Assembly (NCBI GenBank): GCA_947630435.1
Contig: CANRHO010000034.1
Location: 1 to 7,858, forward strand
Length of the DNA stretch: 7,858 nucleotides
Source: an uncultured Bacilli bacterium
GTDB lineage: Bacteria; Bacillota_I; Bacilli_A; RF39; UBA660
Reading direction: 5' to 3'
Below the pieces are notes generated by a model that was not told the DNA's origin, searched no databases, and saw only the letters and a program-made list of their open reading frames with translations. Below, in pieces: positions 1-7,444 of this stretch. Positions within the stretch are counted from its first letter, which is position 1, and the number at the start of each line of letters is the position of its first letter. Made by a program: the position numbers and the translations under genes.

Positions 1-308
1 TCGGTTACGGTACCAACGGTTGACCTTGGATTATTATTAGTTGTTTTTTGATCAATTGAAATAGATGGTGAAAGACCCTCGATAGAATCAACATCTGGTT
101 TTGATGTTCCACCTAAAAACTGTCTTGCATAAGCGGATAGACTTTCTACGTATCTTCTTTGGCCTTCTGCGTATATAGTATCAAAAGCAAGGCTTGATTT
201 ACCTGAACCTGACACACCAGTCATTACTGTTAACTTGTTTTTTGGTATTTCTATATCTACGTTTTTTAAATTATTTTCTCTTGCACCCTTTACTATTATT
301 TTATCCAT
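1..308 (-). CDS. uvrA: Excinuclease ABC subunit A (UvrA), N-terminal 102 codons; the gene continues past the left edge of the window
   Basis: The reverse complement from ATG (306..308) reads [102 protein letters not shown]. This is the highly conserved UvrA N-terminus, including the Walker A motif GVSGSGKSS. An AAGGTG Shine-Dalgarno (315..320) lies 6 nt upstream. The gene sits directly downstream of uvrB, as in most Bacillota. It is absent from the ORF track because it is truncated by the edge. Confidence 0.93.
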   Translation of the reverse strand, partial: MDKIIVKGARENNLKNVDIEIPKNKLTVMTGVSGSGKSSLAFDTIYAEGQRRYVESLSAYARQFLGGTSKPDVDSIEGLSPSISIDQKTTNNNPRSTVGTVT

Positions 309-376
309 ATACTTCACCTTTTTCTAATATAATTCTAACACAAAATTACTTTGTTTTATATTTTATCATATAATTT

Positions 377-409
377 AAAAAATGGTTATGTAAATTATAA
401 CCATTTTTT
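377..409 (-). terminator. Stem-loop with flanking A6/T6 tracts immediately after the uvrB stop; candidate intrinsic terminator or attenuator between uvrB and uvrA
   Basis: AAAAAATGGTTAT (377..389) and ATAACCATTTTTT (397..409) are perfect reverse complements around a 7-nt loop. On the minus strand the stem is followed by a T6 run. The structure overlaps the uvrB TAA stop (408..410). The stem is AT-rich, so its strength is uncertain. Confidence 0.5.
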
Positions 410-2357
410 AATTAACTTTCATTTCAAAAATAATATCACGAAGTTCCATAGCGCGCTCAAAGTCTAATTCTTTAGCAGCTTTTTGCATTTCTTCCTCAAG
501 CTGTCTAATAAGCTTATCATTATGTATGTCATCTTTAGTACGCTTTTTCTTTTTAGAATCATCATCTGAAATACTTACAACATCCATGATTTTTTTCTTA
601 ATTGTTTGCGGTATAATTCCGTGTAATTCATTGTATTTAATTTGAATATCACGTCTTCTTTTGGTTTCTTCAATTGCCATTTTCATCGAATCACTTATTA
701 TATCACCATACATAATTACCCTACCATCAGCGTTTCTTGCGCATCTACCGATAGTTTGAATAAGACTTCTATAACTTCTTAGAAATCCTTGTTTATCAGC
801 GTCTAATATTGCAACCAAACTTACCTCAGGAATATCAAGCCCTTCTCTTAAAAGATTTATACCAACTAAAACGTCATATTTTCCTTCTCTTAAGTCATGA
901 ATTATCTTAAGTCTTTCTAAAGTTTTTACCTCACTATGAAGATAAGCAACTTTAATGTTTATGTTTTTTAAATATGAAGTAAGTTCTTCTGCCATCCTAA
1001 TCGTTAAAGTAGTAACAAGAGTTCTATCTCCCTTATTAATCTGGTTTTGAATTTCTTCTATTAAATCATCAATTTGATTACTTGATTTTCTAACATCTAT
1101 TAAAGGATCTAAAAGGCCAGTAGGTCTTATTATTTGCTCAGTCACTTTATTATTTACTTTTACTAATTCTTCATCTCCTGGAGTTGCTGATAAATATATT
1201 ACCTGATTTATCTTGTCTTCAAACTCCTCATAACGAAGTGGTCTATTGTCCAAAGCGCTAGGAAGTCTAAAACCATAGTCAACAAGCATTTGTTTTCTAT
1301 TTCTATCACCGTTATACATGGCTTTTACTTGGGGTAAAGTAACATGTGATTCATCTACAACTAACAAAAAATCTTTTGGAAAAAAATCAATTAAGCAAGT
1401 AGGTGTTGCGCCTTCTGGTTTTAAAGCTAAGTGTCTTGAATAATTTTCCACCCCTGAGCAAAAACCAGTTTCTTCAAGCATTTCTATATCATGCTTACAC
1501 CTTCCCTCCAGGCGTTCAGCTTCTAATAATTTACCACTTTCTTTAAAATACTTTAATCTATCTTCTAATTCTTCTTTGATGTTAATAATTGCTTTTTTTA
1601 ATTTTTCTTCACTAGTTACGAAGTGAGAAGCCGGCATTATGGATATGAATTTTCTGTCATTTATAACAGCTCCTGTTAGCACGTCAAATTCTGTTATTCT
1701 ATCTATTTCATCACCAAACAACTCTATTCTAATACCATGAGATTTTTCATATGCAGGAATGACTTCTATAACATCTCCTTTAGCTCTAAAAGTTCCTCTT
1801 ACTAAGTCTATGTTATTTCGTTCATACATCATATCAACTAATTTGGATAATACAACGTTTCTGTTTATTTCTTCTCCTACCGATAAAGTAAGCATGTGAT
1901 TTTCGTATTCTTCTTTATCGCCAATACCATATATACACGAAACAGATGCAACAACAATTACGTCTTTATAATTGATTAAGGATGACGTTGCAAAATGCCT
2001 TAATTCATCTATTTCATCATTTATGGATGAGTCTTTTTCTATGTAAGTGTCGCTGGAAGGTACGTAAGCTTCTGGCTGATAATAATCGTAATAGGAAACA
2101 AAATAACATACATGATTATTTGGAAATAACTCTTTTAACTCTGAATAAAGTTGTCCTGCAAGTGTTTTGTTATGAGCTAAAACAAGGGTTGGTTTATTAA
2201 CTTCTTTAATTACATTTGCTATTGTAAAAGTTTTACCAGTACCTGTTGCACCAAGCAAAACCTGATATTTCTTACCATTTTTTATTCCATCTGAAAGTTC
2301 TTTTATGGCCTCTGGCTGATCTCCTGATGGTTTAAAATTTGATACTAAATCAAACAT
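408..2357 (-). CDS. uvrB: Excinuclease ABC subunit B (UvrB), 649 aa
   Basis: The full-length ORF has Walker A GATGTGKT, helicase motif II VVDESH, and the C-terminal UVR domain ([31 protein letters not shown]). A strong AAGGAGGG SD (2362..2369) lies 4 nt upstream of the ATG (2355..2357). Confidence 0.97.
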   Translation of the reverse strand: MFDLVSNFKPSGDQPEAIKELSDGIKNGKKYQVLLGATGTGKTFTIANVIKEVNKPTLVLAHNKTLAGQLYSELKELFPNNHVCYFVSYYDYYQPEAYVPSSDTYIEKDSSINDEIDELRHFATSSLINYKDVIVVASVSCIYGIGDKEEYENHMLTLSVGEEINRNVVLSKLVDMMYERNNIDLVRGTFRAKGDVIEVIPAYEKSHGIRIELFGDEIDRITEFDVLTGAVINDRKFISIMPASHFVTSEEKLKKAIINIKEELEDRLKYFKESGKLLEAERLEGRCKHDIEMLEETGFCSGVENYSRHLALKPEGATPTCLIDFFPKDFLLVVDESHVTLPQVKAMYNGDRNRKQMLVDYGFRLPSALDNRPLRYEEFEDKINQVIYLSATPGDEELVKVNNKVTEQIIRPTGLLDPLIDVRKSSNQIDDLIEEIQNQINKGDRTLVTTLTIRMAEELTSYLKNINIKVAYLHSEVKTLERLKIIHDLREGKYDVLVGINLLREGLDIPEVSLVAILDADKQGFLRSYRSLIQTIGRCARNADGRVIMYGDIISDSMKMAIEETKRRRDIQIKYNELHGIIPQTIKKKIMDVVSISDDDSKKKKRTKDDIHNDKLIRQLEEEMQKAAKELDFERAMELRDIIFEMKVN

Positions 2358-2400
2358 AATACCCTCCTTTGTAAATATATTCTAGCATTTATTATGTATA

Positions 2401-2438
2401 AAAACAAGAAAAGTACTTTTCTTTACTTTTCTTGTTTT
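2401..2438 (-). terminator. Rho-independent terminator closing the prfB-to-M23 operon
   Basis: AAAACAAGAAAAGTA (2401..2415) and TACTTTTCTTGTTTT (2424..2438) form a perfect 15-bp inverted repeat with an 8-nt loop. On the minus strand the stem runs into TTTTTATA. It lies 45 nt after the M23 stop codon. Confidence 0.65.
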
Positions 2439-2482
2439 AGATTATAAAGTTAATTTTAAGTAAAAATATAATTAATATTAAC

Positions 2483-3676
2483 CTATCTATTAGAGTAGCT
2501 AGATCCTTTTGGTGGAAATATTATTACGTCTCTTGGATTAAACGTATGTTCTTCTAAACTATCTCCTTTACCAGAAGAATAATACCTAGAATATCCATTT
2601 AAAATATCTTTATATCTTCCTGTTGCAAGTCCTAAATGTAAATGAGCTCCATAACATTGTCCAGTACAGCCTGATTTTGCAATTAGAGTATCTGATGTTA
2701 CAACATCACCTTTTTTAACCAATTGTTTTGATAAGTGGCAATATATTGATGAATATGTTTTACCATTAATGTTATGCCATATAACTAATGAAATACCACA
2801 TACTTCTCCTGTATAACCAACTACACCAGGTGCTACTGCATATACTGAAGTTCCCGTAGGCATTGCAATATCAATTGCGAAATGCTTATTAGCCTTACCA
2901 TTTAAAGTTCTATTACCAAATTCACTAGATATCCTACCAGACGTAGTTGGTCTTCTAAACGTTGTACCAGGTGGCAAGATATTACTTCCATATACTTTAC
3001 TTGTACAAGCACTTACCGTATCAGAATCTTTACATCCTAAAGATTTGTAATATTTAAGTTGTTCTTTCATTCCTTTTAATACTTGTTCTTCAGACTCACC
3101 TTCAGCATCAAGTTCACTACGCTTTTTGTTTAGCACTATAACTTGAGTGTCCTGTTCTTGTTTAAGTTTAACAAGTTCTTCTTTTTTATTTGCCAATTCT
3201 TTTTTTATTTTTTCGTTTTCTGCTATCATATCATTCATTTGTTTTATTACTTTTTTATTGTAATTTGAAATCTGCTCAGTTATTGACAAACGATATATTA
3301 AATCAGTTAAACTTTCTGCACCCATTATGTATTCTAACATGGTTGATCCTGAGGAAGATACTTGATAATATTTCATTAAATCTTTTATTTCTTCATTTTT
3401 TTTCTGTATATCTTTTTGAAGCTGTTCACTTTCTTTCGTTTTATTAGTAATACTTTCTTCTGTTTTTGTTATACTTTGTTTTATTTCAGCTATTTTTTTT
3501 TGAGTTTCAGCTAAATTTTGACTATTTAGTGCTTTTTGAGTGTTTGTGTCATTTAATTTTTTTTGTGCAGCATCAATTTCTTTTTGTATATCTCCAATTG
3601 TTTTTGCACTAATTGATGTTATTGGTATTAATAGTGTTATTAGTAATACTATAAGGTATTTTATTATCTTTCTCAT
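2483..3676 (-). CDS. Secreted coiled-coil M23 (LytM-type) metallopeptidase, 397 aa; probable FtsEX-controlled peptidoglycan hydrolase (analogue of EnvC/PcsB/CwlO)
   Basis: The N-terminus has a signal peptide (MRKIIKYLIVLLITLLIPITSISA|KT). About 190 aa of K/E/Q-rich heptad-like sequence follows, typical of coiled coils. The C-terminal M23 domain has all catalytic motifs present: HFAID (HxxxD), YCHLS and HLHLG (HxH). Its start codon overlaps the ftsX stop by 1 nt. Confidence 0.9.
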   Translation of the reverse strand: MRKIIKYLIVLLITLLIPITSISAKTIGDIQKEIDAAQKKLNDTNTQKALNSQNLAETQKKIAEIKQSITKTEESITNKTKESEQLQKDIQKKNEEIKDLMKYYQVSSSGSTMLEYIMGAESLTDLIYRLSITEQISNYNKKVIKQMNDMIAENEKIKKELANKKEELVKLKQEQDTQVIVLNKKRSELDAEGESEEQVLKGMKEQLKYYKSLGCKDSDTVSACTSKVYGSNILPPGTTFRRPTTSGRISSEFGNRTLNGKANKHFAIDIAMPTGTSVYAVAPGVVGYTGEVCGISLVIWHNINGKTYSSIYCHLSKQLVKKGDVVTSDTLIAKSGCTGQCYGAHLHLGLATGRYKDILNGYSRYYSSGKGDSLEEHTFNPRDVIIFPPKGSSYSNR

Positions 3677-4575
3677 TATATCTTCAAGTACTTCCTTACT
3701 GCGTTATAACTACCGAACATACCAACAACAACACCTAATGCTAATAAAATAAGTGACACAATATAAACAAATGGTTCTGCGGAAACTAGTTTTACAAATG
3801 GAGAAAATAATTGACCATTAAAATGATTATATAATGCTGAATATCCATAAAGAGTTAACCCAATTGGAATAAGAGATCCTAAGAATCCTAATACAAATCC
3901 TTCAATAACAAATGGTTGTTTAATAGAAAAGTTTGATGCACCAACTAATCTCATGATTTCTATTTCTCTTTTTCTTGAGAAAATAGTTATTTTAATGGTA
4001 TTAGTAATTAAAAATAATGTTACTAATACCAATGCTACCATTGCTATTATCATACCCTTTTCTAAAACATTAAATACTGATAACAAACTTTCTACCATAC
4101 CCTGACCGTATTTAACATCTTTAACCAAATCCAATTTTTGCACTTTTTTTGCGGTATCAGATATTTTTTCGGTATCTTTTACTTTAACTAGCAAAGTATC
4201 ATATAATGGATTTGTTTCATCTGACCACGTATCAATTATAGCTGACAAAGAATCAGAGGTTTCCTTCATTTCGTCTGCTATTTGTTTTTTTGTTTCGTGT
4301 TCTACGCTATCAATGTTATCCAGTTTTTCTATGTTAGAAGCTAAATTTTTTATTTCCTCTTCACTTGCTGCGTTATCAACGAAAGTAATTATCGTAAAAT
4401 CTTCTTTAACTCTTTTTGTTATACTCTCTACGTTATAAGAAACAATAAGAGCAATAGCAACAATTAAAAGTGTAATTGTTATGCATGATATAGATGCGAT
4501 TGATAAGCTAATGTTTCTACCTACACTTTTAAAACCATCACGAATATTTCTTAATATAATTCTAATTGCCTTCAT
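3676..4575 (-). CDS. ftsX: Cell-division ABC transporter permease-like protein FtsX
   Basis: The topology is four TM segments with a large extracytoplasmic loop between TM1 and TM2. The N-terminus [21 protein letters not shown] aligns with the typical FtsX N-terminus. It lies directly downstream of ftsE. The ORF track extends to ATG 4599 (8 extra codons). I prefer ATG 4573..4575 because of the N-terminal homology and because the SD at 4599 is only 2 nt from that ATG. The start remains uncertain. Confidence 0.88.
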   Translation of the reverse strand: MKAIRIILRNIRDGFKSVGRNISLSIASISCITITLLIVAIALIVSYNVESITKRVKEDFTIITFVDNAASEEEIKNLASNIEKLDNIDSVEHETKKQIADEMKETSDSLSAIIDTWSDETNPLYDTLLVKVKDTEKISDTAKKVQKLDLVKDVKYGQGMVESLLSVFNVLEKGMIIAMVALVLVTLFLITNTIKITIFSRKREIEIMRLVGASNFSIKQPFVIEGFVLGFLGSLIPIGLTLYGYSALYNHFNGQLFSPFVKLVSAEPFVYIVSLILLALGVVVGMFGSYNAVRKYLKI

Positions 4576-5260
4576 AATGACTATAACTTCCTTTCTCATA
4601 ATCCTTTACTAATTTTCCATTATCCAAAAGAATTACTCTTTTCTTCATTTTGTCTACCATTTCTCTATCATGGGTAGCCATTACGATAGTAGTACCTAAA
4701 TCATTTATTTTTTCTATTACTTTCATAACTTCTAAACTAGTATCAGGATCCAAATTACCAGTTGGTTCATCACAAATAAGTAATTTTGGAGAGTTAACTA
4801 TTGCACGGGCTATGGCAACACGTTGTTGTTCACCTCCAGAAAGTTGATCTGGATAGCTTTTGGTTCTAGATTTTAAACCAACTAAATCCAAAGCTTTTAA
4901 AACTTTTCTTCTTACCTCTACAGTTGGCAAACCATATATTTCTAAAGCGAAAGCAACGTTTTCATAAACCGTAAGCTTTGGTAATAATTTATAATCTTGA
5001 AAAACGATTCCTATTTTTCTTCTTAATTTATAAACTTTACTATTCTTAACTTTAGCAACGTTTATTCCTCCTACATAAATTTCACCGATAGTAGGTCTTT
5101 CTTCACGATATAACATCTTTATTAAAGTTGATTTGCCAGAACCTGATGCTCCTATTACAAATACAAATTCACCTTTTTTTATATCAAGATTTATATCATA
5201 GACAGCGTTGACTCCATTCTTATATGTTTTTTCCACATTTCGAAACTTAATAAATTCCAC
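4562..5260 (-). CDS. ftsE: Cell-division ATP-binding protein FtsE, 232 aa, GTG start
   Basis: Walker [13 protein letters not shown] signature LSGGEQQR, Walker B LLICDEPT and H-loop ATHD are all present. The size and N-terminus are typical of FtsE. The start codon is GTG (5258..5260), with an AAGGAAG SD about 8 nt upstream. Confidence 0.95.
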   Translation of the reverse strand: MEFIKFRNVEKTYKNGVNAVYDINLDIKKGEFVFVIGASGSGKSTLIKMLYREERPTIGEIYVGGINVAKVKNSKVYKLRRKIGIVFQDYKLLPKLTVYENVAFALEIYGLPTVEVRRKVLKALDLVGLKSRTKSYPDQLSGGEQQRVAIARAIVNSPKLLICDEPTGNLDPDTSLEVMKVIEKINDLGTTIVMATHDREMVDKMKKRVILLDNGKLVKDYEKGSYSHYEGN

Positions 5261-6164
5261 TTATACCACTTCCTTTACCACTATAAGTTCCTGATGTTTG
5301 ATAAGCATCTGTTACTAATATTACCGCATGCGAATCTATTTGTGCTATACCTTCACTTACTTTGAAATACTCACTTGTTGGAACAACACACATAATTAAC
5401 TGATCTTTTTTATTTGTATAACCACCTCTAGTCTCAATAAGAGTTATTCCAAGTTTTAACTCATTTAATAAATAATCAATTACGTCATCATCTTTATCCG
5501 TTGTTATATAAACGGCTTTATTATTTGAAATACCTAACACAACTTTATCAACCATTATATTTATAATATATAAAACTATCATTGCATATAGTACTCTTGT
5601 CCATCCAAAGAAAAAACCGCCTACTATGGTAATTATACCATCTGTTAAAAAAACCGAGGTCCCGATGGATACCTTAAAATACTTTGAAACAACTTGATTT
5701 AATATATCGGTTCCACCAGTTGTAAAACCACTTTTGAACACAATTCCTGAAGCAGTACCTACGCATACTCCACCTACTATTACAATAAGCAAAAGATTAC
5801 CATTATCAATTTTTATAAAATCTCCTATATTTCTAGTTAAACTAACAAATAATGGAAATAACAAAGAACCTATAACCGAATTAAAGGTTTTTTTACTTCC
5901 TAACAAAAAGAAACTTAAAATTAAAAATAATAAATTTAGAATAAATATCATAATTGATGGTTCTATTAAGTTTTGAGTTATTATTGATATACCGCTTGCT
6001 CCCCCGAATATGATTTTATTTTTAAAGAAAAACAAATTATAAGCAACCGCATATATTAAAGTGCCAATTATCAAGAACATATATCTTTTAAAAAGATGTG
6101 CTTTTTCAACTAATTTTAGTATTTGGTCAGATTTTTTCTTTCTAAATCTTCTAAATAGTCTCAT
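5247..6164 (-). CDS. YitT/YvjA-family (UPF0750) integral membrane protein with a C-terminal DUF2179-type soluble domain, 305 aa
   Basis: There are several hydrophobic segments with the family-typical GGASGIS and GFTTGGTDIL motifs. The C-terminal domain is soluble (TLIETRGGYTNKKDQLIMCVVPTSEYFKVSEGIAQIDSHAVILVTDAY). It occupies the same position as B. subtilis yvjA, between prfB and ftsE. An AAGGAG SD lies upstream, and an ATGA overlap joins it to the prfB stop. Confidence 0.85.
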   Translation of the reverse strand: MRLFRRFRKKKSDQILKLVEKAHLFKRYMFLIIGTLIYAVAYNLFFFKNKIIFGGASGISIITQNLIEPSIMIFILNLLFLILSFFLLGSKKTFNSVIGSLLFPLFVSLTRNIGDFIKIDNGNLLLIVIVGGVCVGTASGIVFKSGFTTGGTDILNQVVSKYFKVSIGTSVFLTDGIITIVGGFFFGWTRVLYAMIVLYIINIMVDKVVLGISNNKAVYITTDKDDDVIDYLLNELKLGITLIETRGGYTNKKDQLIMCVVPTSEYFKVSEGIAQIDSHAVILVTDAYQTSGTYSGKGSGISGIY

Positions 6165-7259
6165 TTTATTTTTTCTCCTTTTAAATTACTTTCTATAAAT
6201 TCATCTAATTCTCCATCTAAAACTTTACTAACATTAGATGTTTCATATCCAGTACGATGATCTTTTACCATAGAATACGGATGAAGTACATAACTTCTTA
6301 TTTGAGAACCAAACTCTATTCCACTATGATCACTTTTTATTGAATCTATTTTTGCTTTTTGCTCCTGTAATTTTATTTGGTATAATTTACTTTTTAACAC
6401 TTTCAACGCAGTTTCTTTATTTTTTATTTGGCTACGTTCGTTTTGACAAGTAACAACTATTCCAGTTGGAATATGAGTTACTCTAACTGCTGAATCGGTA
6501 GTATTAACACCTTGTCCGCCTGCACCACTACTTCTATAGACATCTATTCTTATATCATTTTCTTTTATAATAACGTCTACGTTATCATTAAACTCTGGTA
6601 TAACATCAACCGCAGCGAATGAGGTATGTCTTCTATTATTTGAATCAAATGGTGATAATCTAACTAGACGATGAACTCCTTTTTCATTTTTTAAATAACC
6701 GTATGCATAGCTACCTTTTACTATGTAAATAATACTTTTTATTCCGGTTTCTTCTCCTAATTGTTCATCAATTACTTGATATGTATATCCCTTTTTCTCA
6801 AAATATTTAACATACATTCTAGAAAGCATTAATACCCAATCACAGCTTTCCGTACCACCCGCTCCTGCATGTATTTCAAATATTACATCATTATTATCAA
6901 ATTCTCCACTAAGATAGGTTAGTGTTTCTTGGATTTGTAATAATTTCTTAGTTTCTATGAATAAATTTTTAAATTCTAATTTTAATTCATCATCCATTTT
7001 TGTTAACTTAAATTCTTCATATTGTTTAAGCACATCTATATTATTTTTTATGGTAATGATTGGCTTTATTATCAAATTTAACTTTGATTTTTTTTTAGTT
7101 ATGTTTTCTACGTTAGAAGAATCAGTCCAAACATTAGGAGTAGATAATATTTGATCAATTTCTTTTAGTTGCTTTTGCTTTTCCTCTAAGTCAAAGACAA
7201 CTCCATATTTGATTAAACTTTTTTTCTAACTCAGAAATATCTTTACTTGTAATTTCCAT
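6161..7259 (-). CDS. prfB: Peptide chain release factor 2, made by programmed +1 ribosomal frameshift (ORF0 7259..7194 then 7192..6161; about 365 aa)
   Basis: ATG (7257..7259) opens MEITSKDISELEKKFNQIWSCL, followed by in-frame TGA (7191..7193). The +1 frame continues DLEEKQKQLKEIDQILSTPNVWTD... into the 6161..7075 track ORF. The SPF (RLSPFDS) and GGQ (GAGGQGVN) motifs are present. An AGGTGA SD (7264..7269) lies 4 nt upstream of the ATG. The track's 'MIIKP' start is an internal TTG artefact. Confidence 0.95.
7190..7204 (-). promoter_or_regulatory. RF2 autoregulatory +1 frameshift site: internal SD-like GGAG, then CTT TGA C
   Basis: The minus strand reads TGGAGTTGTCTTTGAC. The slippery/stop context CUU UGA C is identical to the E. 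coli prfB site. GGAG (7201..7204) lies 4 nt upstream of CUU. Confidence 0.9.
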
Positions 7260-7276
7260 ATAATCACCTATTGTTA

Positions 7277-7305
7277 ATTATAACATATTATTTATATTAT
7301 GAAAA
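7277..7305 (-). promoter_or_regulatory. Candidate sigma-A promoter for prfB
   Basis: On the minus strand there is a -35 TTTTCA (7300..7305), a 17-nt spacer, and an extended -10 TGtTATAAT (-10 hexamer 7277..7282, TG 7284..7285). A T9 run (7311..7319) upstream could act as an UP element. This would give a very short leader ending in the AGGTGA SD. It is a pattern match only. Confidence 0.45.
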
Positions 7306-7380
7306 TGAATAAAAAAAAATTGTCATTATTTAACAATAGTTATTTCACTTAATTTTAATTAAGTACTTATATTTAATAAA

Positions 7381-7418
7381 AAACTTGCTTTTTATCTATT
7401 TTGTAGATTTGCAAGTTT
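7381..7418 (-). terminator. Interrupted stem-loop plus T-tract; candidate terminator after the SEC-C mini-ORF
   Basis: The minus strand reads AAACTTGC-AA-ATCTA-CAAAA-TAGAT-AAAAA-GCAAGTTT, followed by TTTATTAAAT. It lies 27 nt after the mini-ORF stop. The stem is AT-rich with internal loops, so it may be only partially efficient. Confidence 0.5.
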
Positions 7419-7444
7419 ATTATTTCAAACATTAATAAAAATTA

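Noticed and set aside
1982-2200. A 72-aa plus-strand ORF inside uvrB.
   Set aside because: It is antisense to a full-length, motif-rich uvrB. The translation is low-complexity with no SD and no recognisable domain. This is a typical shadow ORF in AT-rich DNA.
3190-3752. Two plus-strand ORFs (3190..3447 and 3540..3752) opposite the M23 peptidase and the ftsX end.
   Set aside because: These are F/L/I-rich antisense translations of the K/E-rich coiled-coil coding region. They have no ribosome-binding sites and overlap well-supported genes.
4576-4599. The upstream ATG (4597..4599) as the ftsX start ([13 protein letters not shown]...).
   Set aside because: Its AAAGGA motif is only 2 nt from the ATG. 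The extension also pushes the conserved FtsX N-terminal motif 8 residues further in than in characterised FtsX proteins. It is not excluded, so I keep it as an alternative.
4650-4847. A 65-aa plus-strand ORF inside ftsE.
   Set aside because: It is antisense to the Walker B/signature region of a clear ABC ATPase and has no independent support.
5734-5976. An 80-aa plus-strand ORF inside the YitT/YvjA-like gene.
   Set aside because: It is an antisense shadow ORF with no SD and no motif.
6161-7075. The ORF-track start of RF2 at 'MIIKP' (TTG at 7073..7075).
   Set aside because: This is an internal Leu codon. The frame stays open upstream to the CTT TGA C shift site, and the real initiation is ATG 7257..7259 with an AGGTGA SD.
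6957-7154. A 65-aa plus-strand ORF across the prfB 5' region.
   Set aside because: It is antisense to the RF2 N-terminal domain, which aligns well once the frameshift is applied.
7191-7193. The in-frame TGA in prfB as evidence for UGA=Trp (Mollicutes code 4) or selenocysteine.
   Set aside because: The context CTT TGA C plus the upstream GGAG is the canonical RF2 frameshift site. The +1 frame, not readthrough, gives the RF2 alignment. RF2 itself is only needed when UGA is a stop, and prfB ends in TGA.
7311-7345. A short inverted repeat, ATTGT...ACAAT, and a T9/A9 run upstream of prfB as a possible riboswitch or attenuator.
   Set aside because: The arms are only 5 bp and the element lies upstream of the predicted prfB -35. 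It is more simply explained as AT-rich UP-element-like DNA.
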